Assembly (NCBI GenBank): GCA_023334545.1
Contig: JAADVB010000073.1
Span: 8,327-72,326, forward strand
Origin: Salisapilia sapeloensis CBS 127946
Lineage: Eukaryota; Protista; Oomycota
Length of the DNA: 64,000 nt
Direction: 5' to 3'
Position numbers and translations under genes: made by a program
Notes under the pieces: model-generated
The model's input: the letters and a program-made list of their open reading frames with translations, nothing else
Databases searched by the model: none
What the model was told of the DNA's origin: nothing
Shown: positions 21,409-34,648 of the stretch, piece by piece
Layout: every line of letters begins with the position of its first letter
Position numbering within the stretch: the stretch's first letter is position 1

Positions 21409-24186
21409 CTACTTGGCAAGTTTCTCAATCGTTTGCTGCAAGACTGGATGGAAGGCCTTTTGTTCCGTCTTCAAACACACTTGACACTCTTGCTTGTCAA
21501 TCGAGAATTCAAACAAGATCAAGAGGTTCGTCATGGTCTTGGCACTAAAGTAAGCAATATCCTTGCCATCAATCGTCCGCTTCGCAACGTAAAACACGTT
21601 CAGTCGTTCCATACTCTCAGCCATCTCATCGACATCCCGACCTTGCGTCGGAATCGTAAAGTAGTGCTCGTTGCTTTCATTGATGCCTTGCCAGCGCTCG
21701 ACAAAGTCCTTCTTACTGAGCGACCCGCCCGACGTGAAAAGTGCTTCCAAGTCCAAGTCCGTCGCAAAGTACAAGACGTCGCCACTTGTCTGGTTCTTCA
21801 CAGCCACTTGCACTTGCAAGTTCGGAGCGACCTGTGTGTTCACCATGCTCCCACTCACGGTCAACGGCAGCGTCTGGGAGGTAGACCCACCAGTTGGGAG
21901 AGAGAAAGATAGCTCCTGCTGCGTAGGTGTGACGCCAAACGTGCTCTTGTTAAACTGCACGGCGATGCCGTTCACAGCGCTCGAAGACTCGTTCGAAATG
22001 TCCATATCCAGCACCAATTGGTCGTTCTGACGCGTAAAAACGCCGTGGATGGCCAGTCCCTTGCCTTTTTCACTCGACAAGAGCTCCTTCTTCTTGGACT
22101 TCGTCTTGGTCTTTGGCTTCGGCTGGTCGTCGAAACCCATGTCCAACAAGTCGACAGGAGCATCTTCACTACTCTTCTCCTCTTCTTCTTCTTCACTTTC
22201 CGAAGCTTCCCGCACCTCCGACGCGGTAGAGCGTACGACGAATGCTGACGGAAGTTTGTGGTAGACACTCGAGAGCGTCGCGATACGCGCTGTGAGCTGG
22301 TCGAGCATACCGCGATCGAGTGTAAAGGTATCATCCTTGATAACCGGTTTCTCTGCCAAGACAACGGCGCGTGCGGCTTCTGGGTTAGCAGACAGCAGAC
22401 GCCAGTAGACGTATCCTCTGTCTCTCAAGTCCGGGTTATCACTCTCCTCTGTCGCTTTCTGTAGCACTTGCTGGACCATATCTTGCGTCTCACTCGGACG
22501 TTTCAAAAAGAGTTTTACGATCGCTGTGAGGAGCTGTAGTTGGACTTGTGGTGTTTCATCGTCAAAGGCTTCGAGGAACGAGTCTAGCAATTCATCAGCA
22601 TTATCAATCCGTTCGGCATACTCTCCGACGATCCAGATCATGGACGCCTTAGCTTCTGGTTCATCCAACGCTTCTAAGTTCTCACACAACGTCGAGATGA
22701 CACTTTCATACTGATTTGGATATCGACGGAAGATGTCTTTAATCACGATAATCGCTTCCTGGACAATGTAATTCACTTGCGTCTGGATGAGTTCGAGCAA
22801 AACGTTGATGCACTTCTCTGCCGCGCGTTCGAGTTTCACGGCACAGCGACCGATGGCACGTACAGCTCGGCGGACAAAGTCGACGTCAACTTCGGTCGCG
22901 TACTCTTTAAGCTCCAATAGGACTTGCTCAACGTTTTTCTCTGATACGAGACGAATGATAATGTCTAGTTTCTCCATCTTGACGTAGATCGGATCGTTGT
23001 ACTTGCAGAAGAAAACCTTGATCTCGGATGAAAGAATCGCCGGGCGTTTCTGGACGATGAGATTGATGTTTCGTAAAGCAACATACTGGATCTCAGGTTC
23101 AGCCGATAGGAGCGTGATAAGAGGAGGTGCCATCTTACGAGACAAGGAGCGCTCGGTGTCTACGTCGTCTACTTTTTCTAGGAACTTCATGATGACTTTG
23201 ACTGCAGAGAGGACGACCGCAGAGTTGGCGTGTTGGAGACGAGGCGTCACGCGTTCAATGATGCTTTCTGCCTCCTTGGAATCCACTGGAGAGTACGTTG
23301 AGAGAGCATCGAGCACAAAGACTTGACCCCACTCATTGCATTCGTTCAGTGCCGCCAAGAGTTTTTGTAAGATCGGCTTTGTGATCTTGAACGAGTGAGG
23401 CCCGTACTCTGCGATTTCGGATAAAGCAGCAACAGCATTGGCGACGACAGTCGGGTTCGAGTCCGATATGAGCTCACGAAGCATGTCGAGGAAACCTTGT
23501 TCCTCCACGAGATTCGGGTTGATGTCGTAGAGCTTGGAGACACATATCGCAGCTGTCTTTCGGACGTACGGATCGTCGTCATTGAGGCACCGACGAAGTG
23601 GTTCGCATAGATACTCTGTGATACGATCCACACGAATGCAGCCCATTGTTCGGACAGCTAGCGCTCGGATGAGAGGATTCGGATCCGCTGCGTCCTAATG
23701 ACGCCGTTAGTTGGTATTCTCTTTTACGTTTATGAGGGAAAGAGGTACTTTGACAAAGGTGTTGACAGCTAGGATGGTCAAGTCTGGGTTGCTTTTGGCA
23801 TAGTTGATCAGGTACAAGTAGACGAGTTTCTTTAGCTGTGTATCCGCTAATTATATGATGAATATGGCTCTTGATGGGATTGATACGAAGGAATTGTACC
23901 GGTCTGGATGCAGTTGACAACGTCTGTGAAGAGCATCGAGACGTCTTTTCCGACAGTCATATTCGCAATGACTTTCTTGACAGCATCCTTCTTCTTCTCT
24001 CGACTCGGATTCGCCAATTCCTGACGAAGTTCATGCGTCTCGCCTACACAATACCTTTAGGACATACGATATAGATGATATAAGAGCGAGGGAGATACCT
24101 TTCTTCGTCGTGGTAAAGAACTTGGAGTCATTGCCAATGCCTGCCATGCGCTTGGCAATCGCTTGCATCGTCGCGTTCATCGACAT
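21409..24186 (-). CDS. AP1B1/AP2B1: AP-1/AP-2 complex beta subunit (beta-adaptin)
   Basis: [10 protein letters not shown]|E...[23 protein letters not shown]; [18 protein letters not shown]; [15 protein letters not shown]; [16 protein letters not shown]; C-terminal appendage domains. Several short 5' introns. Confidence 0.96.
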
Positions 24187-24262
24187 GGTGGAGCGGAAAG
24201 CGTCGTGGATCTCCACGTCAAAGGAGGAGTTTCAAGCTGGAGTAGAACAGTCCGATTCTTTT

Positions 24263-24297
24263 ATTGGATAAAATGCAAATTTACAGTATATGATTGG
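24263..24297. promoter_or_regulatory. Two CCAAT boxes (ATTGG at 24263 and 24293) in the divergent beta-adaptin/DCC1 promoter
   Basis: Two ATTGG pentamers lie 30 bp apart between head-to-head ATGs. CCAAT is a recognised oomycete promoter element. Function is not shown. Confidence 0.35.
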
Positions 24298-24534
24298 CTG
24301 AAAAGGTAATCTAAACACTTTGCTTCCAACCCATCTACTTGCTCTCTACAAAAGTATGAGGAGTGTGCATGCATGTAAAATGTGGTATTTAAGTGCATGG
24401 CTATCTTTGTGGTAGACAGATTGACGTTAAAAGGAAGCTATGGTCGGATGAACTGGACCGCGTTTGATTGCATGAAAATCAGGATATGTACTTGTAATTG
24501 GTAGAAAAGATATGCATACAAATATCAAGTTAAA

Positions 24535-25922
24535 ATGGTGCGAAACAACGAAAGTGGACACGAAGTGAGGATGGATAGCAAGGACGAGCAAGGTCGGCTC
24601 TTGCGGACTGGTGGTGACTATTCCACTGACAAGTACAAATTGCTGGAGCTCAATGACGATCTGGAGAATGCTATTAAATGTGGAGACCGTGTCTTTCTCG
24701 TTGGCAAGCCGAATGAACGAGCTGTCCTGTGCACACCGACGCAATCGTTCGAGCTTAAGAACGAAGACACGTCTAATGTTCGCATGCTGACGCTGCAAAA
24801 TGATATCACAAAAGACAGCAATGCTACAGATGACATTGTGCTCTGTGGATCCGTCCAATCCCACTACATCGTACGTAGCTATCTCTGCCCGAATCGATAA
24901 TCATCTCACGTATCCATCCTAGCTGCAACAACGAAAGCCTGACATTGCCAAGCTGAAAGAACTCTTGAAGGACTCTGCATACGAGAACAACCCAAACGTA
25001 TGTATACGACTAACACATTATACCTTTACATCCATTTACAGTCATTTTGGTAGACATCTCCGAAACGCATCAAGCACAACACCTTGTATAGTACGAAAGA
25101 CCTCATGTCCGAGCTACAGGCAAGTGAAAAGGAAGTGCTAGAGCTACTGGACCGACTGCACGCTTTCCAAGACGCAGGTATACTGCCTCTATCCCTCAAA
25201 TTCCAGTTCGAAAGCTAAGCAAATGGTAGAAAAATGGCGAGTCCTGAGCTCTGGCTATCAGTCTCGTGTCTTCGGTGACATGTTGGACATGATGATGGAG
25301 CAGGAGCTTCCATTTCTATCGTCTGGCGTCCACGTGAACGACCTCACACGTCAAATTGATCATCCAACAGTCGCCATTCGCCAGTGCTGTCGAATCTACG
25401 GCATTCCCACCACCAACGACACTGATACGTTTGTCTTTGACTCGACGAAAGTGGCTGTGTTCTGTGCTGTGCAACTCTTCGAGGAGCAAAAGACAGACGC
25501 TAACTTTGCGTTTTCGTCTTCTGGAAATACTAGTGGTGGAGATGGATGGCCAACGGATGAATTTATGCGTAAATGGAAACTAAGACTGCCAGAAGACATC
25601 GCAGTGGATGTCAGTATGCTCAAGGGATTGTGTTTGCGTCGACAAGGACAGGTGGAGGAACTCATATATTTCCCAGAAACATCTCTTTCTATGGATCCGA
25701 AAACGAGATTCCACCAGCTATTCCAGAAGCAAGATAAATGGACGCTCGAGCAGCTCGAACCTTATATCCAGTATGTAAAGATGCTCTAATCGATCGATCA
25801 GATCTAATAATGTTGATAGACCGCTGGTGGAAAAAGGCACAACACAAGCCTCGTTGCTACTAAAGTATGCTCGATCGTCTCGACAGATGCACTCGAACGA
25901 GCGGTTGTATAGTAAACGGTAG
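24535..25922 (+). CDS. DCC1: Sister chromatid cohesion protein DCC1
   Basis: YKLLELN...VFLVGKPNERAVLCTPTQSFELKNEDTSN; C-terminal DPKTRFHQLFQKQDKWTLEQLEPYI and a last exon LLLKYARSSR...LYSKR*. Several short introns. Confidence 0.9.
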
Positions 25923-26382
25923 AATAGTAGACTAGATGTAGATCTCTTGAACTGGACAATCGACCACGAAAGCGTGTCGATCATCTGAAAAGGAGATCTA
26001 ATTTGTATCGGGCATCGGCATCGAATAATTTTGCATAAATAAAGCAAAATCACTTGTGCCATGCCACTTATTTCTATGATGCATGTATCTTCGCCGGGCT
26101 GGAGAACGACGCAATGAGTAATGCAAGTTCTCCGAAAATTGGAAGCTTTTGTTTCGTATATGGCATTTCCATTCGAAAATGGGGTAATCACTAGGTTTTC
26201 CTGTATGGGAGAAGAGGCCCAGTCTGTACCATGCCAATGAACGGATCTACTTGTGGTCTAAAGAGCAAATGTCGAAATGGAATTGAGTGGCCAATAGCTT
26301 GTACATTGACTTTCGAGGAGCACACATAAATGATTTGGAGGAGGACGACAGTTTTGACCAACTGACCGATTTGGACGTCGGT

Positions 26383-29300
26383 ATGCCTTGCACGATTAAG
26401 ATCCGAGTGGTGGAAGCACGGGACTTGCCTGTAGTTGACCGGTCGAGTAAACTAGCAGATCCGTACGTGTATATCACCTTTGCGTCTTTTGAAGCAAAAT
26501 CGAGCGTCTCGAGGAAGACGCTGGATCCGCTATGGGATGAGGAGTTTCGCTTCGATGTGGCGGATGATTCAGTGCTACAGAGTCAGCCGATTGAGTTCAA
26601 GCTCATGGATCACGATGTTTACACAACGGATGCAACGATTGGCATCGTGTACGTAGATTTAAACTGTCTCTTGATGCGAGATGGGCATGTTATCCAAGGC
26701 TGGTTCCCTGTATATGATACGGTCTTGGGCGTCCGATGTGAATTGAGTCTTGTTATTCGATTGCATTACTTTGGAGATGTCAATCCATTTCGAGAATCCT
26801 CCGCTGGTGTCCAATTCTTTGGTTTATCTCAATTGGATCCGAATCTATATCAAGTGGATACGATGCTTGGCTTTGTAGAGGAACTGGTTGTTCATGCCGA
26901 TCCAGAATACTCTTGGAGTGATAACTTTCGGACATCTCGACGTAGTAATGAACACCGACAGCTTTTGCTCTATCGTCTATCATCCCAAGTCGTCACTTTG
27001 GTACGTCTTGCATGCAGCATCCATAGGAACAAGTATTGATACGAGATGATGTCATGTACAGGTAGGCAAGAAGGCTTTAGAGCTAGGTGGAAATGCCGTC
27101 TTGGCGTATAAACAGTATTTTGATGTTGAAGGTGACAGTGGATTGGTCGCTCGAGCGTGTGGCACAGCTTGCTACATCACTCCAGTCGGTCGAACGGAGA
27201 TGCCAGACGCCAGTCCAACTTCCATTCCTATCAGTCAGCCTATATCTCTTCCATATGTCCTCAAGTCCGATAAGGACGATCACGTATCGTTGGAAGGATA
27301 TGAGTACGAGTCCACTTCTGCCCCAGTCGAGCCTTCAGAGCCGTTGGCGTCCCCTCGTCTCCTACCACGACGTTACCCGAAGACTGTGCGTGTACCCGAA
27401 GCGTTCAACATTTCTGTGCACGATGAAGTTCAATTGTTAACCATCAAAGTCTTTAATCCTGGACTACGCATGTCCTTGGGTGGTCTCGTAAGCGCTCGAT
27501 CGGTCAAGTACCTTGGAAAGCTCGCGACAAAATTAGCAGATCAGGAGACTCGAGACTCGTGGTGGTTGGAATTACGAGAAGAGATTCGAGCACATGCACA
27601 ATCGTTACAGTGTCCCTTTGTCTTGGGATACACCGAGTCTTGTACTATCCACGACGACGTGTGTGTGATCTCAGCCACAGGCACAGCCGCCGTGCTGCAG
27701 AGTGCTAAGAAGAAGGACAGTGAAGAGGAGAGTGTAAATGCAACTCCTATGGCTGCATCACCTGCACTGTCCGACGCTGGATCCACTGGTCGTCGACCGG
27801 ATGTACGCCGCAAGACACGTAGTTCATCACCTTGTATGCTCTGCCACATTCCATATCGTCGGTCCCTCGCACCGTTTTCAAACATGCGAATGGTACGCTG
27901 TGGTATCTGTGGAGTCAAGTGGGTACCTGAGACGTTGATCGCGTCTATCGAACCACCCGCTGGACTCGCTATGGTCGGCAAAGGGAGGTTTATCCAAGCA
28001 CGCGTATGCCGTCAGCGTCGGAAGGCGACAGGAGATGTCAATGCGACTGTCGTATCAGACGCACTGCCATTCCTCGAGTACGAATTATATCGTCAGTTGA
28101 TCGTGAAGATGAAAGTGCTAGGTGTCAACGCTGTCTTTAGCTTCGAATCTCAGATCCAGATCGGTGGCTCTTTGATCGTCGGGATCATGACCGGGACAGG
28201 ACTCTACCTACCTGCTCTACCACCACCTCCGACACTCCGAATCGAACGGAATATTGATGTAAAGGATGAAGAGGACCGAAGATTGGTGAAACTACAGACA
28301 CAGATTGAAACTCGGAGTACACAGAATAAGGAAAGTTTGCATCATAATGCCATCTGCGTCGTACAGGACCAAGACTTTAGTCGTCGATCGATCCGACCGG
28401 CGTTTACCAGTAGTTTGTATGCTGCGTCGGATGATGATAAACGAAGTAGAGGTCGACGACCTCGACGGACGCAGTCGATGCGTGAGACTGGATCGCATAA
28501 CGCATCAAGTAGTCGTCTTTCCATTGACACGGTGGCAGCGAATGAAGAAGCGACGCAGGAAGATGAGCAGAAGACGATGAGTTCATCGTCGAGCTCTAGT
28601 TCGGATTCGGAAGAAGAAGCGTTCTTGGATGGATTTAGTGATTCGAAAGAAACGTTCGTGTTGGAAATTGATGACGAGACGGATGAAGACCTCATGTCTG
28701 TCTTACTCGAAGATGAATTACCAGAAGGCATCTCCATGTGCAATACAGATCGTCTCCCGGGTGACTTTGAAGCCGGTGCAAATGTCCACTTGGTCGTGAC
28801 GATGAAACGAGTCGAGTGGGATGAACGACGTACGCGTGATACGCGACTGAATGAGTTGCTTTCTGTCGTATTTAAAGATCTATTTGCTAGTTTGCTGTTC
28901 AAAATCAGAGCCTATGCACCATGTGCGATCTGTGGCGTGAAGACGAGAGCGTCACTTGCAAGCGAGACGATGATCGAAGTCGTCTTGATCGGCATGGTAA
29001 TGCTGGAGAAACCTCCCGCGCCATCGATCGAGGATATGCTTTCGAACGCTGAGCAGTCGCTGGACGCCGGCGACGACCAGAATGAGCCGACGACGGAATC
29101 GCCTTCGAGACACCTAATGGCGTCGTCTATGAACTTGGGGCGAGAATGGATCGAACTAACGCCATTGGCCTACATTCCCAACGCGCACGTGTCACGGTAC
29201 TTGGGACGCGTTACACTTCACTTTATCAAGGAGAGTTGGTCTGTTCGTGAAACTGGTGGCTTGGGTGCCTTCTACCACTTGTTCTTGACGGAAGCGATTG

Positions 29301-29539
29301 CCATTGTACGCGCACACGTTCGGTCGTTAGGTGGAAATGCTTTGCTGACGTTCCGGGTGGTCCCAATTGAGTCCAGTCAACTTTATCGTAACCAAGTGTA
29401 CAACATGATTAGTGTGACGGGAGACGCCGTGATGGTGGAGAGAGATGAGAGAGAAGAGGATCAGGAGTCGATGACACCAGACCCCATGTTCTCAATCCTC
29501 AAGCAGGAAGAACTGATGAGTCAATCGACAGACTTTTAA
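26383..29539 (+). CDS. C2CD5: C2 domain-containing protein 5 (C2CD5/CDP138-like)
   Basis: MPCTIKIRVVEARDLPVVDRSSKLADPYV (C2 domain); GFVEELVV..DPEYSW.DNFRT.R.SNE.RQ; repeated YbjQ-like segments (ELGGNAVLAY, GGNALLTF). Intron about 27001-27061. Confidence 0.88.
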
Positions 29540-29553
29540 GGATGGAGAATGCT

Positions 29554-30429
29554 TTATTTTACAATCGCTTGGATACATACTTCCAATCTGTCTTCTAGTT
29601 CACTTAATTCTGTCGTCTCGATGCTGTCTTGAGCACGAAGGAGTTTCTTTAGTTTAAGTAAAGATGGTAGCATCTTGAGCTCCAAGACGATGGCAACGGT
29701 ATCATCGATTTGATCGATTAAGACACTGAGCAAGGTACAAGTGAGTCGCATTAGTTCGACTCTTTCACTTGCTTCGAAGCATTCTTCTGGAGATACGAGT
29801 TGGTCCATGACGGTGTGAAGTACGGATAGGATGGAATGGAGATGTTGAACTAGATAGGATGCATCTCGTTGACTCCAATTGAGCAAGAGGACGAACGCAT
29901 AGATTCTATAGTTGGATGTCGGTTCAGACGGAGCACTCGACTGCGTGAGTGTCGCTTGCACAGTCGCTAGGATGTGAGGCATAAGACTCGCGATTGTGTC
30001 CAGCTGATCTGCATCGACTAATAGCACCAGCCATCCAAAGACAAATAACGCATCGGCAGTCGCCCACTCATTCTTGCAAGTCGCCATGCGTATCAAACTC
30101 GACAAGAGCGATTCTCCGTGCTGATACAGTAATTGAAGTCCTGCTACGCGAGACATACAGATCGATCCGATGGCATTGGCAGCCTTGCATTTAATCGGAA
30201 CATCTCGAGCTGTTAATGCAACGAGCATAGGCTCAATGGCAGTACCCACAAGCAATCGTCGAGCCTCCATATTGACACTATCCGGCGGCAGCGCTGCGAT
30301 TTCAGTCAATGCATCCACGAAACCACGCTTTAGTTGACCTTTAGACCCTCGGAGAGGATCCCATCCGTGCAAAGCCTGTGATAGCTCCTCGACGTAGCCT
30401 TCGACGGCCTCTACTTCGCTCATCTCCAT
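29554..30429 (-). CDS. Uncharacterised ARM/HEAT-like helical protein (~291 aa)
   Basis: Long uninterrupted ORF rich in amphipathic helices (IEPMLVAL...KCKAANAIGSIC...LLSSLIRM...ADALFVFGWL). Confidence 0.65.
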   Translation of the reverse strand: MEMSEVEAVEGYVEELSQALHGWDPLRGSKGQLKRGFVDALTEIAALPPDSVNMEARRLLVGTAIEPMLVALTARDVPIKCKAANAIGSICMSRVAGLQLLYQHGESLLSSLIRMATCKNEWATADALFVFGWLVLLVDADQLDTIASLMPHILATVQATLTQSSAPSEPTSNYRIYAFVLLLNWSQRDASYLVQHLHSILSVLHTVMDQLVSPEECFEASERVELMRLTCTLLSVLIDQIDDTVAIVLELKMLPSLLKLKKLLRAQDSIETTELSELEDRLEVCIQAIVK

Positions 30430-30540
30430 ACTGTGGCAGATAATCAATTCATATATGCACTTAGTGAATAAATTCGAATCACAAAATACCACCAATTTTT
30501 ATATGCGAATCGATTTCTCCACAAAAATTTCGAATCGAAA

Positions 30541-31649
30541 ATGGTCATGCAAGCAATCAAGAACGTAGCCCGCCGTGCTGGCCGTACGCAAGGTATGTTG
30601 TAGGAGGTCATTGCATTCAAATTGGCAGACATGATATTGTCTAATTGGATATCTTTTACATTGGTATACGAGACTTATTCGCTTTGAACGATCTAGAACG
30701 CGTGCTGTCTGCGAGATCCATGACACGTAACACGGTCATGCGCACGACTGCTGCCTCCGGACTGCAATCGGCAATGCCTATGCAATCCAGCGTGTCCAGC
30801 AATGCTGTTCCTCTTCCCAGCGCTTCGTTCGCTGCTTCCTTCTCGACGTCGGCCGACAGCGGGGAGCCGGTGACGATTGGAGATCGCGTGACGATCCACA
30901 TCGATGGCAAGCTGTCGAGCGGCCAGCAAGTGGTCAAGACGGAAGAGAACAAGCCTCTCTCGTTTGTTATGGGCAGTGGTGAAGTCATTGTCGGAGTGGA
31001 AGACGTCGTCCGGGGCATGACCAAGGGTGCCACCAAGACGCAGGCGGTGATCGAACCGGCCAAGGCGTTCGGTGCCAACAAGCAGGTGCACACTATCCCG
31101 CGTAAGGAATTGAACTTGAAGCCAGAGGATGAAGAGAACTTGGCGGTCGGCCAGATCCTCCAATTGCCGCAGAACCAGCAGGCGCACATTGTTAAAGTTA
31201 CGGACGAGTCCATCGACATTGACCTCTCGCACCCGTACGCCGGTGAGTCGCTGCATGTGGACGTGGAAGTCGTGGACCGCGTGTCTCATGCCGACCAAAG
31301 CTTTGAAGAGCGTCTCGTGTGCCCGCAGCAGCTCTCTCCAGGCGACGGACAGACCTTCCCTCGTCGCGGCGATATGCTGACGATGCACTATGAAGGCAAG
31401 CTCGCATCGGACGGCACGGTCTTTGACTCGAGCCACAACCGTAGTGAGCCATTCAAGTTCCAAATCGGCGTCGGACAAGTCATCAAGGGATGGGATGAAG
31501 GTGTGCTCCAAATGAGCAAGGGCGAGAAGGCGCGTTTGGAAGTGCCTGCCGCCAAGGCGTATGGTGAGCAAGGCGCCGGCGGTGTCATTCCACCCAATGC
31601 TGATCTTGTCTTTGAAGTGGAACTGCTAGAGATTGAGGGACCCAACTAA
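30541..31649 (+). CDS. Two-domain PPIase: SlyD/SlpA-like FKBP with IF insert fused to an FKBP12-like domain, probable mitochondrial presequence (paralog 1)
   Basis: Intron 30593-30696 links MVMQAIKNVARRAGRTQ to ERVLSAR. Domain 1: GDRVTIH...PLSFVMGSGEVIVGVE...IEPAKAFG...DLSHPYAGESLHVDVEV. Domain 2: MHYEGKL..GTVFDSS...PFKFQIGVGQVIKGWDEG...AYG...IPPNADLVFEVELL. Confidence 0.9.
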
Positions 31650-31808
31650 GATTGATATACTGGGCCTCGAGGTATAACGAAAATAGCATTGGGCTTCTGC
31701 CATATTGAAGTTGGATTGAAGTACATAGAATGCCATTCTACAATAGTGATTGAGTATGGTTGGAAAAATAGAATTGGTCAGCTCCCTTCCAAGTGCTTGG
31801 TGGAAGTC

Positions 31809-33356
31809 ATGTCGGAGCTCTTCCCAAGACCTGCAGTGGAGGACAATGTTGTGCATTACACGATATACTTGCCTCTAGAACACTTACCTACCTGTTTAAG
31901 TCAAGTAGGCAGGACAGAGAACGAGTTAGATGGAAAGGTACAGGCGTTTGGTGATGAGCTGAATCGACTGGCAGTCGAGGTGTCGACCGACTTTTTCTGG
32001 CAGCACGATCCATTTCATGCTTCAAGCAACGGGCATGGGACAGAGGTGTCTGGCTATGCTTGTTGGACGGGCGAGAGTGCTGTGGATGATGCTATTAATG
32101 ATGAATGGGCCATTGTCTACATCCTCTTGGAGCTCACGAAGCGATTTGCTCATTTGACAGCACAAATCGCCGACGCAGACGGTCAATTCTTACTTATTGA
32201 AACTGCTGAGCAGCTACCTCAATGGGTCTCTCCTGAGAATAGTGACAATCGAGTATGGCTCAAGGATAATGCGCTATATCTCCTAGACAGCTCACCTCGA
32301 GCAAGCGCATTGACCATCGACCAAGCTCTATCTGCACTCTACGACCCTGACTCGACAAATGCAGCCAATGGAGCCATGCAGCGCTTATTCAAAGCCAAGA
32401 TGGACGATACGAAGGTATACATGCAGTCAAATCGACATACCGCTCGGTGCATCTTGCCACAACGAGCAATCCATGTCGTCGGACACTTGGGAGATGAAAT
32501 TGTCGGAGCTGCTGTCCGTGCATTCTACTATCGTGATCCGTCTGAAATGAGTGCTGTTACTAGTCGAATGAAAGTGTTTCATCCAAGTGCATCTCAGGAT
32601 GCGATGGTCTCCTTCTCTCGCATGATGTATGCACAGTTAAAGCAGCAAGAGTTCCATCCACCAAAGCCATTTATAGAAAAGTCTATGTCGTACCAAAGCC
32701 TCCTGTCCAAGGATAGAGATAAGGACCAGTTTGCTGCAGAAATGGGAATGAAACTAGCCTGTGGTCTCGAACTCTTGTACCACTCGGATGAAGAATCCAA
32801 GTCACGAGGCAAATGGTCGGATGTGATGGATAGTGTGCTACGTCTACCAGCTCCACAGATGGACAAGATAGTAAATGACGATGACGATTCGTGGCTATAT
32901 GTCCATCCGGATGGACTGGAAGAGCAGCTTCGACAGAAAGCAGAGACTGGCGACAATGCTGGTGAAGAGCTGCAGGACATTGCGACCATGTTCTCTAAGT
33001 TCATGGACGGCATGTCGAGTGTCGATGGCGTCGAGAGTTCTCGTCCAGTGGACCTGAACGTCAATACGTTCATGGAATTACTACAGACTGGCGTGCAGGA
33101 AGAAGAGGAGGAGAGCGATTCCGATGAATCGGACAGTCTCATGCAAGAAGCAATGGACGAGATGGAAGAGGAATTGACGGATACGAAACTCCAGCAGACG
33201 TTGACACGTGTGAGTGACAAGGAAGAAGGAAACGAGAACGGAGGACTCAGCCTGGACTATAACCTCCTGTCGAATCTCCTCGAGTCTGTGGCTTCACAGG
33301 AAGGACAAGCAGGTCCAGCAACGAACATTTTGAATGAACTTAAGCTTACCAAATGA
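31809..33356 (+). CDS. ECD: Ecdysoneless (ECD/hSGT1-like) protein
   Basis: EDNVVHYTIY; FFWQHDPF; DEWAIVYILLEL; DGQFLLIETAEQLPQWVSPENSDNRVWL; FSRMMYAQL; GMKLACGLE; DDDSWL; DYNLLSNLLESVASQEGQAGPATNIL. Confidence 0.92.
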   Translation: MSELFPRPAVEDNVVHYTIYLPLEHLPTCLSQVGRTENELDGKVQAFGDELNRLAVEVSTDFFWQHDPFHASSNGHGTEVSGYACWTGESAVDDAINDEWAIVYILLELTKRFAHLTAQIADADGQFLLIETAEQLPQWVSPENSDNRVWLKDNALYLLDSSPRASALTIDQALSALYDPDSTNAANGAMQRLFKAKMDDTKVYMQSNRHTARCILPQRAIHVVGHLGDEIVGAAVRAFYYRDPSEMSAVTSRMKVFHPSASQDAMVSFSRMMYAQLKQQEFHPPKPFIEKSMSYQSLLSKDRDKDQFAAEMGMKLACGLELLYHSDEESKSRGKWSDVMDSVLRLPAPQMDKIVNDDDDSWLYVHPDGLEEQLRQKAETGDNAGEELQDIATMFSKFMDGMSSVDGVESSRPVDLNVNTFMELLQTGVQEEEEESDSDESDSLMQEAMDEMEEELTDTKLQQTLTRVSDKEEGNENGGLSLDYNLLSNLLESVASQEGQAGPATNILNELKLTK

Positions 33357-33545
33357 TATGTATGGTCCGTATCTGTCCTCGGTGGGAGTTCTCCCCGGCA
33401 CCTAGGTAAAACAAAGACCAGTTGGTATAGGGCGTTTGCAGTTGCAACGTCAATAGCAGCCATCGACATGGGAGCTTTGCATGTGACAGACTGCTATCCG
33501 ACGCCCGAGATAATATAGAAAGTGTACGTCGGACGGTGATGAGTA

Positions 33546-34229
33546 TTATTGTTGTTGAGATTTTTGCAAGTAGTGCTCAAAGGCAGCGAGACCATCCGGT
33601 GTGAAATCGGATCGACGAGATAGAATCTCATCCTTGGTCATCATAAGCACTTCTGCCACCTCTTCTTCTTGTAGGACAAGCGGACCTTCGTACGTGACTT
33701 CGAAGATGCCTCCCCACACATGACTCCGATCGTCCGAATAGTAGAACGAGTCGATGTACTTGAAATCGACATCTTTAATGCCCATTTCTTCCTCCGTTTC
33801 ACGCTTCGCATTCAGCTCCACGGGTTCTCCTGCCTGAACGACTCCACCAGTCGTTGGATCCAAGTAGCCTGGACAATAGTCCTTGATCATTGTCCTTCGC
33901 TGGACGTAGAATTGATCTCTACACTCGAGTATATTAGTCGATACTTAGCGTACAATGCTTCTAGTTGTGGTGTACTTGTGATTTTTGATGATAATGTAGG
34001 AAGCACGGTGAGGAAGATTATAGAATCTCTGTTAAAAGCATGTAAGAGCTGTATCTATGAATATGCGATCGTCGGTGCTCACCATGACCGCACGATCGGC
34101 TTTACCGATTTCATTATTGTTCTCATCCACAATGCAGACCTGCCACGGTTGGAAGACACTTTATCAAGGATAGCTAAAACCCAAAATGCGATGCGCTCCT
34201 ACCTCTTCTTGCGCACTCAACGACGCCAT
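33546..34229 (-). CDS. Nudix hydrolase (YfcD/IDI-like)
   Basis: Spliced model MASLSAQEE|VCIVDENNNEIGKADRAVM|RFYNLPHRASYIII...FYVQRRTMIKDYCPGYLDPTTGGVVQAGE..ELNAKRETEEEMGI (Nudix box). Confidence 0.88.
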
Positions 34230-34648
34230 CCCAGACGACTTGTGCTCGTGATTTGTTGCTCCAAGTAAGAGTATATGTAGCCCGGGCTACATTTAGCGAG
34301 TTGCAATCGTAAATTTATCTTGCTTAAGCGGCACATCCGTGGCACATTTATCTTGGTGACTGTGTGGGAAACGAAGTCTCCAAGTCTCTGATATATCCTC
34401 ATATTATCTCGTGCTCGCTGATAGCCAGACGTGACTGTATGCGTAGATCACGGTCCATATCACCAGACAAATCCATAAATGCATCTAAACACGTATCAGC
34501 CATTTTAAAGGTTTCTTTATTGAATGAAGTGGGAAAGTGTATCATCATGAAGACGAACGATTTGAATAAAATTAAACACAACCGAGTAGGGTGACAAAGA
34601 GCTATTTTACCATTGCTGGTTCCTATCTCTTACTTTTTGTTGTTGTGT

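Noticed and set aside
21244-21912. 222-aa plus-strand ORF overlapping beta-adaptin and the START-FYVE gene
   Set aside because: It is an antisense shadow of well-supported minus-strand genes with no recognisable motif. The same applies to long antisense ORFs such as 30693-31571, 32594-33220 and 48469-49131.
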